Below are positions 22,001 through 33,740 of a DNA stretch of 64,000 nt, in pieces. Origin of the DNA: Thecamonas trahens ATCC 50062 (lineage: Eukaryota > Protista > Apusomonadida); NCBI RefSeq assembly GCF_000142905.1, contig NW_013657665.1:124001-188000 (forward strand), written 5' to 3'. Under the pieces are notes generated by a model, which did no database searches, was not told where the DNA came from, and saw nothing but the letters and a program-made list of their open reading frames with translations. Numbering within the stretch: position 1 is the first letter of the stretch; each line of letters opens with the position of its first letter. The position numbers and the translations under genes were made by a program.

Positions 22001-22566
22001 GGCTTGGCGGCGCGTCACAGATGGATCTCGAGGAGCTGCGTGCCCAAAACGAGGTGCTGGAAAACCAAGCCAAGGAGCTCGCTGAAGCCAACGCTCAGCT
22101 TGGCGGCCACTCTAACCGCAAGCAAAAAATCCGCCATCTCGCCAAGGTCGTGGCCGAGAACCGCAAACTCAAAACCGACAATGTTCGTCTCCGTGCTACC
22201 GTCGAGAAGTACCGCCTCAAGGCTGCCGAGCTCCGGTCCTCGCTCTCATCGGCTTCGCTCCGGCGCTCGTCGCGCCGCTCCATTGCCGCCTCGCAGAGTA
22301 AGCAAGCAACCACCTCGCAGCGAACCTCGTCGTCGTCAACCGTTTATCTCTCGGCCAAGCCCGGTGGCATGGCGCTTGACGATCTCGACGGCGGCTCACC
22401 CATCAAGATCCACACCAACGCCGAGGGCATGGCCGCTACAGACGTCGCGAGCAAGGAGAATAGCGTTTCGGTCAACGACTCGCTCAACGCCTCGCTCAAC
22501 GCCTCGCTCAACGCCTCGCTCAACGCCTCGCTCAACGCCTCGCTCAACGCCTCGCTTGTCCGCTGA
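19024..22566 (+). CDS. HMMR: HMMR/RHAMM-like long coiled-coil spindle protein
   Basis: N-terminal RRF...GPGCYDP and C-terminal LGGHSNRKQKIRHLAKVVAENRKLK (HMMR/KIF15 C-terminal motif) flank an Ala-rich coiled coil; no motor domain. Confidence 0.7.
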   Translation: MFARSRRFTTPEKTELGPGCYDPKLPDRKLGNPLVVRTERRIHDADLDSSSTSASSVGSAGSAASAKISNSRDGAQPIPRWLRAKRTELVGPETPPKVASKRKQDLVTAKMTSKGLVRKVLLDLEARIAAKDQKLLALVAHHRESASLADDADRARAELAAARAQLDTARADVAAAGDAAISLRAQLAATVGAHAACQARLDALDADYSAACDAAAAKLAATAAKLANHCADAKVTAGLAACSAAALRDLRAEHAAALAAHENETRAATAALIASYSAALREARAAHQLEIEELQLRAAGNAAREAAANGASAAADAAVREAALVAEVAHLSLKSRAANTLAAAVTAAVASTAARERCDAVPNIVDPATAAAHHAAAVDAHTASLRHSEASALASLQADHAEELARLSAAADARVSAARREAAAVYASEREADAKAAADELARLRAAHAAELTAVRREAAESVAAANERLAHMHTTVDRLTTKLSGLSSKVSIHAAQVFENSPYKPLASPKSEALRKAHRANLDRLHASAATMYDITSTSLAPLSSPSRHPSMDAYSQAVEASTRQLGAVLDGALLLGAKKVALLRSDRATIASAAAAATARIDELATAAEATEAQVALVEADAAALAASLNETLAALAAKTAEADAASDELVSLRDSFGNETAAVLVQLDAARAALGNLESQHASAMAGAADKLDAAKATLADSNALMAELDVAVTELTAEVETSHAREAQLADHTAAVEAALTAAEGASETAAAELAVVRNELDEVVAAVSAAKAATAAAVASALDALAELDLLTPEATASLADAQKVGIGATVEVLAAVLVNAVNVSQFELGVAADAAEKTVLAAQASVAAARADAAASAKQATSLEDALTKMRSNLNTLVRNAAITQRRKDEEELEDLSAVADALQENLNAVVAESAAIKADLVCKLTEVRGKLETKSTQVAALEVKLSSASSRYAGDKSRLESRLTAALDAADSLQVENRELRIQVSRLGGASQMDLEELRAQNEVLENQAKELAEANAQLGGHSNRKQKIRHLAKVVAENRKLKTDNVRLRATVEKYRLKAAELRSSLSSASLRRSSRRSIAASQSKQATTSQRTSSSSTVYLSAKPGGMALDDLDGGSPIKIHTNAEGMAATDVASKENSVSVNDSLNASLNASLNASLNASLNASLNASLVR
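22480..22556 (+). repeat. Coding 12-bp tandem repeat TCGCTCAACGCC, about 6 copies (SLNA repeats)
   Basis: Direct reading at the end of the HMMR-like CDS. Confidence 0.95.
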
Positions 22567-22907
22567 GCGAGAGATTGAAATCACACATGTACCCGCTGCT
22601 CGGCGGCAGGGCGCGCGCAGAACGGCAGCGCGCCCCATAGTTATCCACCACCCCACCTCACCCCTCACCCCCCTCCGTAGCATGGTTCGAATTCGCTCGA
22701 GTGACAGCCGTTCCGAGACGCCGTCAGCATCGTCGCGCGAGTCGGATGCCGTGTCCGACACTGACCATCTGCGTCGCTTCAAGAGCTCGCGACCGAGGGC
22801 GTCGGGTCTCCGGACCGACTCGAGCTCGCGCTCTGACTGGGGTTCGCGGGCAGGTGACCGAGGTAGAACATGCTCACGATGCTGCAGGTGCTGGTGAGAG
22901 CTGCACT

Positions 22908-25900
22908 TTACACGAGAAGTTTGGCCTTCTTGGCCGGTGGCGCCGCGGCGGTGGCCTCGCACGCCAGCGTACAGAAGAACCGTTCGCCGGCGACGATGCC
23001 GCCGGCGACGCATTCAGAGTGAAACCAGTCCTGGCACCCGTCGCAACCGATCATTTCGCGCGACTCGTCCCACGGCTCGCGGCAGGTGCAGTAGAGAGTG
23101 GCTGGCGGGAGCAGGGCAGAGTTGCCAACCTCGATCGCCTGTGCCAGCGCGGCCTCGACTGCCTCATCTGCAACCTCCATCGAGAGGCCGATACGGTACA
23201 ACCGCTTGGTCTCATCGAGGTCTGGTGGAGGAGCTGCGGCCAGTGCGGCGCGCGCATGTGTGGCCCAGGCATCAACGCAATCGACAATCCGCACCAGTCG
23301 GGCGTGGAGTGATGTGAGGCGGAGTGCCTGTCCTCGCGCGGCGGCCGCCGCATCCAGTGAGGCTGCGAGTGCACGGACCTGCTCGAGGCTCGGCCGCCCG
23401 GACCAATGGTGCCGCCAGATGCGCTTGTCCCAGGTACAAAGCGGGCAAGCAAACGAGAGGGACGTATCGTGAGAGGTCTCGTCGGTTTGGCTGTGAGCTC
23501 GCTTGTCGCCGGCCACGAGCTCGGCTGCCGGCGATGGCGACGGCTCCCAGCCGACACATTGGACGTGGAACCACTCGGCGCACACGTCGCACAGAACCAT
23601 CTGCCCTTCTTCTGGTCCACGACAGAGGCAGTAGACGTCAGCGATGGAGGCACCGGCCTCGATAGTTTCGACAGCCTCCTTGGCAGCCTCGCAAGCGACG
23701 GAGACGGCGTTGACCAAGTCCGTCACCCTGCGAGCGTTGGGCTTTTGGTGGGCGAGGAGGCGGCAGGAGACAGCCTGTCGGCTGGTCTTGTCGACGCGCC
23801 ACTCGTCGCCAAAGGCAGCAAAGACACTTCCTTCGAGGACGGCAGTGGCATCAAGTGCGGTGTCGAGTGCCTCCACCTGTTCGCCGACTGCAACTGGCGA
23901 CTTGGCGGCGCGGGCGAGGAGCTCGACGGCGCGCTCGCACGGCTCGGGTGTGTTCGACTCGCCGGAGAGTAGCACCTCGGCGGCGCGCTGCCACTTGCCC
24001 GGCCGCAGAAGCGTCTTGCGGAGGAGGAGGAGCGTCGGCTCAAGAAGTGCATCGCCAGGAAGTAGGACGCCGCTCCCGTAGATCCAGTCGTGGAGCGCAG
24101 AGAGCGAGCCAAAGGCGAGCGGCGTGCCGAGCATGGCCGACACTCGTTCTGATGCGGTCTCACCGTGGGCAAGTGCTGCCTCGAGGCTGGCCTCGGCCTT
24201 GTTGACCTCGTCCGAGTGCGAGCCACTGAAAGAGGGCGCGTTCTCGATGAGAGCGGTGGTGGTAAGGGCGGAAAAGAGCGGGAATGACTGGACGCAGCCA
24301 TCGCGCGCAGTCACCAACTCGGGCCACTCGAGCTGAGCCACGGGTTGGTTTCTCACGCTGTCAAGCCACGTGAGCTCGCAAACGCTGTTTTCGAGCTCCA
24401 GGAGCGGTCGTGATGCCACACCGAGGCGGCAGGCCCGGTCAATAAGCTCCCGTGCAAAGTCGAGCGACGGATTGGCCCCGAGCGTGGCGGCTTGCTCGGC
24501 GAGGGTGTCCGAGGCAGCAAGAGCATTGCGCAGTGCGTCGACCGGATGCGACAGCGTTGCAGGATCAAACACCGCCTCAAAGGCAGTCAGCGCGTTTGCA
24601 ATGTCGCTGGCGGCCAGTGGGATGTCGCCGACCACGGCAGCCAAGCCTCGGCTGTCGCGCGACGATGGTAGTCGCGACCCGAGCGTCTCGAGCCTGTGGA
24701 CAAGGCTACAGAGCCGGGACACCTCGTTGACTTCGGAGCTGAGGAGGAGGCCATCATAGGCCGACGCAGCCTTGACAGTGCCAAGCAGCGACGGGACCGA
24801 GAGCAAGCCCGAGCCGTTGCGGGCGCGGGCGAGCAGCACAAGAAGATGCTCGCGGGCGGTCGAGGCAGCCGTGACCTTGGCCTCGACGCCGTCAACGAGA
24901 TCAAGTAGCACGCCCTCCGAATGCATAAAGGCGAAGACGAGTTGCGGGGTGTGGCACGAGCACAGTGTGCCTGCAGCGAGATCGGGAGCGTGGTCCCAAC
25001 AGACCGAAACAACACCACAGGTGCAGCGGGCAAACGAGAGGTAGAGGAACGAGTGACAGACGGCACAGAGCGGTGGGCGAAAGTCTTGCTTCCGGCTCGG
25101 ATCAGCCGGTGAGGCACCGACCATACGCGAGATGGCCGGCGCCATGCGCGAGTCCATTGTGGACAGCTGGGATTTGACGAGCCGCTTGCTCGCCAGCTGG
25201 CGGTTTTTGCACAACTTGCTCAAGCTTCGGGAGGAGAGGAGATGGGCGAGGTGGTCAACGTAGGTCTCGGGTGCCACAGTGGCAGCCAGATCGAGCACGT
25301 CGTTAAAGTCGTAAGCAGCAGCAGCGGCGGCACGCCGGTCCAGTTCGGCCTCGACGAGAGCACGCAAGTGCGGGGCGACTCCGGCGAGCACGTCGATACG
25401 GGACGAGAAGAGAGCGATGCGGCAGAGGAGGCGCTCATGCGAGAAGACCGGGAGCTTGGCCAGCGAAGCGTAGCGGGTGAGGCAGAGGGCACCGTAGGGA
25501 ATCCAGTCGGGGAGAGCAAAGTTTGCGGCCTCGCCAAAGTTGAAGCCGTGCGAGAAGCCGCCGTGGTAGGCGCGCGGAAAGGTGACCATGAACTCGCCGG
25601 GTCGCTGGTGGCCGACAACGACCTTGACACCGGCATCGAGCAGTGTCTGCGGCGAGAGCATGGTGACAATGTGGGAGAGCAAGTCGGGGGAGTCCTCAAA
25701 CAGCTCGGGCATGGAGGCGCGCATGCAGGCCTCAAACGCGTCTGCATGCGACGACGGGACGCCGTACCAGGTCTTGGTCTCCCCCCAGTGCAGGTACGAG
25801 AGCGAGTACGTGTAGTGGTCCTCGTTGTGCCAGCAAAAGGTAGAGTAGAGCATGCCGACGTAGAGCCAAGGCGACATGCACCCGGAAATGTAGCGGTCGA

Positions 25901-27120
25901 TGAACGAGAACATCGACTGCGGCGAGAGGGCGACACGGTTGAGGTTGAACGACGCGCTCTTAGAGGCAGTGACTGGGAAGCCCGATCCGTGGACCATGGC
26001 CGGTAGGTCGGCGCCGTACATGGTGTCGATGGGGTGGATCGGGTCATGAACGGCGTCCCAGTACTTTTGCTCGACGTAGTTTTCGATGGCAAGATCGTCA
26101 GCAGACGGCGGTGTCGACGGGCGCGGCGGCGGGCGCCACGCTGTCGGTGAGCAGGCCGTGGCCACAGAGCGCTCAACAGTGTCCGCGAGGTCGGGCAGAT
26201 GACGGATCTTGAACTTGGCGGCGGCGGCCTCAAACTCGGGAAGAGTGTAGTTTCGATCAGCCTGCTCAAAGCCGTACTTGGGGCCTGCGCCGGCGAGGCA
26301 TGCCGGACAGAGCCAGTACTCGGTGTCGGGCAGGCAGGGAAGGGCCGGCTGGACGCAGTAAAAGTGCAGTACGAGGCCGCACGCGTCACATGCCATGAGG
26401 GCGTCCGAATCTGCGTGTGGTGATTCGCAAAAGCCGCAGGCCGGCACCTCTGAGTGGGTGGCGGCGGGCGCGGCGGTGAAGCTTGTTGTGGCGATACGGG
26501 CGGCGGCGCGGTAGGCCTCGTAGTCCTCGATGAGGGCTAGGCTTTGCGGAGGACGGGTCGGTAGTATGACGGCTGGCGGCCTTCGATGCCGATGGTGCAG
26601 GCAATATCGTACCATCCGGTCGGGAGGGCGTCGACGGCGTCGGCGCCGCCGGCGGCGGCAACGGCGTTGCGGAGAGCATGGACGTCGATGGGAACGCCGA
26701 GGACGGTGGGCAGACGGGTGATGCCTGCGCCCTGCTGCAAGTGGTACTGCAGCAGGCCGTCTGCGTAGTTGAGGGCCTCACGGACGGCGCCGTTCATGGT
26801 GTTGAGCGTCTGGATGCGCGGGCGGAAGGAGAGGGCGGCCGAGTCCAGAGCAAACGGTGGGGCCCAGCCGGGCGGCGGGACGATCTTGGCCACTCCTGCG
26901 GCAGCGGCAGCGGGCGCGATGGACGCGACGTAGCCCATAACGTCGCGCATGTCCTCGGGTCGCGGGTAGAAGACCGGCATGGGCTCTGCATCCGGGAACG
27001 CTGGCTCGGCGGTGAGTGGGCGGGGCGGGGTGGGAGGGCGGGGCGACGGAGTGTGCGGGTGCGGGCGGGTTGCCGAGGTGGTGAGGTGGCCGGGGAGGGG
27101 GACAGGGAGGGCTTGCCCAT
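22908..27120 (-). CDS. KDM5: KDM5/JARID1 H3K4 demethylase (JmjN-ARID-PHD-JmjC-C5HC2-PHD-PHD), frame-broken at ~26538; start uncertain (27120 or 26980)
   Basis: JmjN (PVFYP...GVAKIVPP) and ARID lie in ORF 26537..27829. PHD, YGADL, JmjC (FCWHNEDH, FPRAYHGGF), C5HC2 and two more PHDs lie in ORF 22908..26615. Confidence 0.9.
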
Positions 27121-27601
27121 GGCCGTGGAAAGTGGGGGCGGATGGGGGTGGGGGTGGGGATGGGGATGGGGGTTGGGTGCTAGGTGAGTGAGCATGTGTG
27201 TGTAAGGACGGGGGGGGGGGGGGGGGAGGGGGTGGCGAGCCTGGCTCGGCAGCAAAGCCGGAAAGGGCCGCAAAGGAGCCCGAGTCGATGGCGATCACGT
27301 GGGCGATGATGTCGGTCGGACCGAGTTCCAGGAGGGGACAAAACGGATGCCATGCGGGATGGGAGGGGGAGGCGGTGGCGTGCGGATAGAGATGATTGCA
27401 TTGGCAGGATCGTGCGAGGCCGTGTCCCGGGCACCCGTGTCCCGGGCACCCATGTCCGCGGGCGAGCGTGCAGGTGCAAGGGGCGCAGGCGCGGTGCCTG
27501 GGGCGACAAGGCCACCCCACTCTGACCGGCGCCTCTTCCCTCAGCACGAGCCCAAGCCCGAGCTCAAGATTGGAATCGAAAGTGCCGTCGGCAGTGAGAC
27601 G

Positions 27602-29308
27602 ATGGCTCGGAGCGGCGGCGAGGCGCGGCGCGTGCCGCCGCCGGCAAGGGGTAGTCGGGCGCGGCCAAAGGTGGTCATTCCGTCCGGGATGCCGAGCAAA
27701 GCCGAGGAGCGGGCGCTGCTGACCGGCGAGTCGGAGCATGGCATCACGGCCAGTTCGACGCGGGCGCGGCGGTCGGCGCGGCTGGACGACGACGACGATG
27801 TGTGGGCGGCGACAGCCGGGTGCTGGCACGAGGCGGGCGATGGCGATGGCGATGACGCAGGCGGCGACGGGCTCGCTGGTGAGAACGGTGGTGGTGATGG
27901 CGAGACAGCGTCGTTCGACAGCGGATGCGGGGCTTATGTCTCGTTGCTGCGGCGGAACGCGGCGTTCCGGTGGCTGCTGGTCGGTGGCTTTGTCACCGGG
28001 CTCGGCACTTGGTTCAACGAGGTGGCTACGCTTGTCGTTCTGCAGCGTTACACATCGTCGGCATTCATGGTCTCGCTCTACTTTATCATTCGGCTTCTAG
28101 CCTCGGCACTTTTCTCGCCGGTGGCGGGCGTGGTCGTCGACTCGGTGCCCAAGATCAAACTGCTGCTGGGATGCGATGTGGCGTCGACGGTGCTGGTGTG
28201 CGGCTACCTTTTGGTCACTTCGTCCGAGACATTGTGGATCGTGTACGTCAACGTGGTGCTCATCGGCATCCTCTCCGCGCTCTTTCGTCCGTCCAAGACA
28301 GCGCTTGTAGCCGAGATGGTGGCACCCGGCGAGGATCTCGAGCTCGCCAACGCGCTCGACTCGATGATCAACTCGCTCACCTTTGCGCTCGGCTCGGCGG
28401 GCTCGGGTCTCGTCACCGGCTTGCTCGGCACGGCGCCAGCATACATCTTTGACGCGTCCTCGTTTGCTTTCTCTGCCGGGTGCATGGTGATGGTGATGCA
28501 GTTGGCTGCCGGCGGGAGCGGCTACACGCTCGTTGTGGACTCTGGCAGCGCGTCGGCTGATGACGCTGCCGGGGACGGCGACAGCGAGTGGGCAGTTGAC
28601 ACCGACACGAGCGGGTCAGCGGTGGTGCGATGGGCAAAAGCTTATGCTGCGGGCCTCTCGTTTGTGTTCATCAAGCGGCCACTGCTTGGAGTTCTGGCGG
28701 TGATCATGGCGGGCTTCAAGTTTGCCGACGCTGCAAACGACCTCGTCATGACACGGCTCGTTCAACGCGAGTACTCGATGGGCAAGTCCAACTCGGGGCT
28801 CGGCCTTGGCCTATCGTTTGTGGCTGTCTCGATCGGCATTGTTCTGGGTCCGTTTGCCATGCGTCGCATCCAGGCCTCGGTCTACGCCCAAGTGCTGCCG
28901 CTTGATGGCCGGCTGGCGTTTATGCAGGCGGGCATCGGTCTGGCCGGCATCGGCTTCTTCGTCGTTGCCCTCGACCTCCACGTGGCGGCCTACATGGGAG
29001 CGATGTGTCTGGTTGGCGTTGGCATCTCGTTCATGTGGGTCCAGGCATGGACTACGCTACAGGAGCTCGCAATTCCCGCCATCCGCGGGCGGGTTCTCTC
29101 GACAGCGTCATCGCTGCGGCTGCTCTTTGGTGCGCTGGCCTTTTACCTCTCGTCGGTTCTCGTCGACGGCGAGGACTGGAGTGAGACCAAGGTCGAGGCG
29201 GTTCTCTCTGCGCTCCCCTGCGGCATCTTGTTTTTGGCCATGGTCGGCGTTCGGCGTCTGGCGCTGCAGCCAGAAGCGGCTGACGGATCAGGCAGTGGCA
29301 GTGGTTGA
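27602..29308 (+). CDS. Major facilitator superfamily transporter (H+ antiporter/MFS_3-like)
   Basis: About 12 hydrophobic helices, LLRRNAAFRWL, motif-A-like AGVVVDSVPK, QELAIPAIRGRV. Confidence 0.85.
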   Translation: MARSGGEARRVPPPARGSRARPKVVIPSGMPSKAEERALLTGESEHGITASSTRARRSARLDDDDDVWAATAGCWHEAGDGDGDDAGGDGLAGENGGGDGETASFDSGCGAYVSLLRRNAAFRWLLVGGFVTGLGTWFNEVATLVVLQRYTSSAFMVSLYFIIRLLASALFSPVAGVVVDSVPKIKLLLGCDVASTVLVCGYLLVTSSETLWIVYVNVVLIGILSALFRPSKTALVAEMVAPGEDLELANALDSMINSLTFALGSAGSGLVTGLLGTAPAYIFDASSFAFSAGCMVMVMQLAAGGSGYTLVVDSGSASADDAAGDGDSEWAVDTDTSGSAVVRWAKAYAAGLSFVFIKRPLLGVLAVIMAGFKFADAANDLVMTRLVQREYSMGKSNSGLGLGLSFVAVSIGIVLGPFAMRRIQASVYAQVLPLDGRLAFMQAGIGLAGIGFFVVALDLHVAAYMGAMCLVGVGISFMWVQAWTTLQELAIPAIRGRVLSTASSLRLLFGALAFYLSSVLVDGEDWSETKVEAVLSALPCGILFLAMVGVRRLALQPEAADGSGSGSG

Positions 29309-32295
29309 TGCGCCGGTGAGCGCCGATACGGCGGAGCGGGCCCGCGCCCGCTCCGCCTGCGCAGCATCGGCGTTAGTGCGGGCGTGGGCAAGCTGGCCTT
29401 TGAGCCTAGCCACGGTCGTGCGCAGCACGCCAAGCATGACCTCCGACGACGCCGAGGCCCCGGGAAGCTGGGCGTTGGCGGCGGCGTCGTCGAGCATAGC
29501 TTGCCACTCTGTCAGCTCGGCGGTGAGAGAGTCGACCTTGGCAGAAGCGTCCATTAGCTGAGCCTCGGTAGCGAGAACGTCGCGGACAGCCGAGTGAGTC
29601 GCTGCAGCGGTGTTTTCATCAACAACGCGCGAGCGCGCGGTCGGGGTAAAAGCGAGCTTGGCCTTGTGTAGCCGCGGCGGCGACGGCGGCACGTTTGAGC
29701 TTGAGCGCGGGAGCGGGCGAAGCGGCCGCGGCAGTGGGCGCGGGCCGAGCGGACCCATCAGCTCCAGGTCTGGAACTCGCGGCGGTGGTCGCGGCGGCGG
29801 AAGCGCGTCGTCATGCACAATTGGCGGAAGCCGCGCTGCCGTCCGGGCATTGCGCTCGAGACGCAACGCGTTGGCGCCCCCAAACAACAGGGCCAGGCCC
29901 TGACGGAGCTGAAAGGCATGGTGCATCTTGAGGGCGCGGGTGCGTGCTGCATTGCGGAGGCGCATACGCTCGACAAAGGCCTGCCAGCCGCGCCACGCCC
30001 GTGCTTCGAGCCTGCTTGCCCAGAACGAGAGCGCGAGAACGTTGGCCTCGCGATCAGCAACAGCAGCGGATGTCCGCTGACGCCACACTATGAGCGCAGC
30101 CTTGCCAGCACGGACATGGCTGGCCCGCGCAACGGCAGCTCCAGCGGTGCGGAGCTTGTCGGCACGCGCAGCAGCAATGCGCCACTTCTGGAGCGTGGAC
30201 CGCAGAGCACGCCGACGAAAAAGGCGTTTGCCACGTTGTGGGCGCGCCGGGCCACCACTGCCCGCTCAGCTTGAACACGCCAGCGAGCCATGAGCTGACG
30301 CTTGACGCGCGGGCCAAGCACGGCCGCCTCAAAGTAAGCGACCCGATCGGCAAGAGCGGCCGAGCGTGAGAGCGAGGCCTGGGTAAACGCACGCCACGCC
30401 GCCAAGCTCACGGCCTTGCGGCGAGCAACCCAGAAGAGAGCGGCGGTGGCGGCGGCGGCGCGATCGGAACGCGCGTCGCCAGCATGGCGAGCGAGTGCTG
30501 TCAATACTTTGGTCTTGGTTTTGCGAACCCAGAACAAGGCGGCAGTCCCAGCGGCAGCGCGATCACGCTTGACAGCGCAAACATGAGCGCGGAGCGCAGC
30601 AAAGCCGGCAGTGAGAAGGCGGCGGTCGTCAGCCCGAGCAGCAGTTCGCCAAGCGTTGAGCTCGACAGCCGCAGCCTTCACGTTGGCGCGGAGGGCAGCA
30701 AAGACCTTGCTCGCCAGCTGGGCCCGATGGAAGGCAGCAGCGAGTACAAAAGCAGCAGTCTCAGCGGCAGCACGCGAGGCGGTGGTCGCCCAGCTCCGCA
30801 GCGTCTTGCGGGCAAGACTGGCATTGGCGTGGGCGGAGGCGCGCGCAGCTGCGTCCCGGATGGCAATCCTTGTGGCAAGATGGTGACGCCAAAGAGCGAG
30901 GACGGTGGCGCCAAGATTGGCAGCGTACGTGGCGTCGGCCTTGGTCAGGAGAGCAGCATGAGTCTGGCGTGCACGTAGCCGATCACGCCACATGGCCCAG
31001 GCCAGCGCCATCCGGCCCTGCTCCCTGATGGACACTGCCTCTGCAGCAGTGGCCACGAGCGCAGAGATGCGGCAGTGCTCGCGCCGCCAGGCGCAGAACG
31101 CATGCAGGCTGAGTGCGGCGTCGCGATGAGCAGCAGCCAGTGCCATGCGCGGTGCGTCACGAGCAGAGGCAGAAGCTTTGGCAGCGGCAGCCCAGGCGCG
31201 AAGCATCAACGCTGCGGACCGAGCTGGCCGCCTCGCGGCAAAGCCGTCAGCTTTGGCCTCCAGGGCACGTCCATCCGCGCGGAGAGACTTGAAGGCGGCC
31301 ATGCCTGCAACAAGGCGGTTGTGGCGGAGCACGGCAAGGCGGGTCAGCCAGCAGTCAAAGGCTTTGGACTTGAGGCGGGCGCAGAGGAAGACAAAGGCGC
31401 GACCACTGGCGGCATAGTACTTGCGGCGGCGGGCGACATAACTCTGCCAGGCGACCACGGCGCGGCGCTCCAGTGCGGCAGTCCGATACAGGTCTGCGCG
31501 CTTGCGCTTGGCTGCTGCAATGGCGGCCTCGATGTGGCGGCGACGAAAGGTGCGAAAGACTCGGCTACCGAGGGTGCGGAGTCGGAAGGCTCGGACGGCG
31601 GCAGCGGTGCGCCAGGAGGCAAAGGCGGAGCGAACAATCATGGCGCCACGGTGGGCGTCGGCGGCGATTGCAGCAGCGCGGCGAGCATAGACACGGGCTG
31701 CACTGACGCGCCAGGCTGCAAAGGCGGCTCTGGCCAAGCGATCAGAGGCGAGGACGCGGAAGGAAGCGAGAGCGGCTTCGCGGGTGGCCCGCTCCTGGAG
31801 TAGCGAGCGCCAGGCGGCAAGGCTGCGACGTTGCAGCGCATACGAGTAGTGCAGGCCGGCGACAAACTCGCGCTTCCAGTGCGAGCGGGCGTCGGCGACG
31901 GCGGCGCGCCAAGAGTCAAAGGCCGAGCGGAGGAGCGAGGTCGGGGTTGAAGCGGCCGTAGGCACAGGCTCAGGTGCGGCGGAGCGCAGGCGCGGGGTAC
32001 GGACCGGCGAGACGAAAGGATCAGGCTTGGGCGGATCAAGCACGGCCGCCCGCAGCGAGCGCTTGATGGCGTTGAGCTCCGAAGTAGCGGCGACGGCGGC
32101 CTTGTTGGCGGCGACAAAGTCGGTGTCGGCGTCGGCGTCCGGACGTGTTGGCGCCAGCGCGGGCGGCGGCGAGACCGGAAGTGGCGCGGAAGTATGCGGC
32201 GGTGGGCGGCGTCGACGGCGTCGACGGCGACGTGGCGGTGCCCCTGTCTCAGACAGAGGTCTGTCTGGCTCCAAAGAGGCCGCAAAGTACTCCAT
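29288..32295 (-). CDS. SFI1: SFI1-like centrin-binding repeat protein, frame-broken at ~30220
   Basis: Many Trp-terminated helical repeats (e.g. LLRSAFDSWR, LARAAFAAWR). Repeats continue in the shifted frame as RRRALRSTLQKWR...AALIVWR into ORF 29288..30088. Confidence 0.8.
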
Positions 32296-32419
32296 GGGCA
32301 GGTGGGAGGAGGGGGGGAGGGGGGCTGTGTGTTTGGCGCCAAGTGCTGATCTTGATCAACACCGCGATCGATCGCCAGTGTCGCCGGTGGTCGAGGGCAA
32401 CGTGGAGAGCAGGCAGAGT

Positions 32420-33322
32420 TTAAGCATCGGTGGAAGGCTCGGCTGCGGCAGCAGCAGCCATGTCGTCGAGGGCCTTGCCCATCTCGACGGAGCGGGCGGC
32501 TCCGGCCCGGATGGCGTCGACGAGGATGGCGCGCCAGTTGCGCTCGTCCAGGACGGAGAGAGCAGCGGCGGTGGTGCCGTTGGGCGAGGTGACCTCGGTG
32601 CGGAGGCGTGTGGCCGGAAAGTCGTCGTGGGAGGCGAGGTATGAGGCGGCACCGACAATGGTGCCGCGGACGAGATCACGGGCAAGCTGTGGCTCCAGGC
32701 CGAGGATGGAGCCGGCATCAAGAAAGGCCTCAGCCATGGCAAAGATGTATGCCGGGCCGGAGCCGGCGAGGGCAGTGACAGCATGCATGGCGTCTTCAGG
32801 GACGGTGACGACGGCGTCGGCGGCCGGCTCAAAGAGGGTGGTGAGGGCGACAAGGGCGTCGGCCGACGCCTTGTGGGCCGGATCGGCGGCGGCGAGTGAG
32901 AGCGTGCCCGAGCCGATGGCCATCGGCGTCGACGGCATGCCACGGATGACGACGACGTTCGGCGGGAGCGCACCGTGGAGAGCGGCGAGGCTGAGGCCAG
33001 CGGCGAGCGAGACGACGACGGTACCGTCGGCGAGCCGCGGCGTGCCGTCAGCGGCGTCCTTGGCAAGGAACGCGGCTGTAGCGAGGATGGCCGCGGGCTT
33101 GAGGGCGAGGACGACAATGTCGGCACCGACGCACGCCCGGTGCGTCGCGTCGGGCGCCTGGAACGGCTCGGCGTTGTGAGACGCCGCATATGCGTCGAGC
33201 GTCGCCTGCGAGCGGGTGGCGAGGCGGATGTTGGCCTTAGTGCTCGCAAGCGAGCGGAGGACGGCGGTGCCCATGTTGCCGCCGCCAACAATAGTGACCG
33301 TGAGAGAATCAGAAGAAGACAT
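32420..33322 (-). CDS. PYCR: Pyrroline-5-carboxylate reductase
   Basis: VGGGNMG, LALKP, SLAAG, RGMPSTP, ALAGSGPAYIF, VTSPNGTT. Confidence 0.93.
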   Translation of the reverse strand: MSSSDSLTVTIVGGGNMGTAVLRSLASTKANIRLATRSQATLDAYAASHNAEPFQAPDATHRACVGADIVVLALKPAAILATAAFLAKDAADGTPRLADGTVVVSLAAGLSLAALHGALPPNVVVIRGMPSTPMAIGSGTLSLAAADPAHKASADALVALTTLFEPAADAVVTVPEDAMHAVTALAGSGPAYIFAMAEAFLDAGSILGLEPQLARDLVRGTIVGAASYLASHDDFPATRLRTEVTSPNGTTAAALSVLDERNWRAILVDAIRAGAARSVEMGKALDDMAAAAAAEPSTDA

Positions 33323-33740
33323 TGTACTGTGTGGTAAAGTCGAGTGTGCGTGGGAAAAGCGCGCTGCAGGGACGAGGACGTGGCGTGATGAGGTCGCCGA
33401 GAGCGGAGGATACGTAGGCATGACTCACTCGGTGGGGATGGGACAGCAAAAAATTTCCATCAAAGCTCGGTGGAACGAGCAGCCGCACTTGAGCCTCGTT
33501 TATGAGCTGTATGGCATGCGGAGAGAGTAGATGAGGTAACGGTTGTGTTTAAAATAGTTGCAAGGTGACGTGTGAGGGGTGACGCGGTGTGTAGATGGTG
33601 AGCTGGTGAATACGAGGGATACACGAGGGGATCTCCGAGGGGATAGCAGTGACGATGTGACAGATAGCTGGAGGTGTGTCTGCCGTGATGAGGCAACAGA
33701 CCCAAGAAAACCATTAATTATTACATCTTGGGTGGGAGGA

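Noticed and set aside
21383-23013. Long alternative-frame and antisense ORFs here and throughout the window
   Set aside because: Expected shadow ORFs in high-GC3 coding DNA with no domain motifs; the 22682..22897 segment has no independent support.
7201-33322. Osmolyte pathway cluster (DMG/sarcosine dehydrogenase, FOXRED1, PYCR)
   Set aside because: The genes are 8-14 kb apart and interspersed with unrelated genes, and FOXRED1 is a complex I assembly factor.
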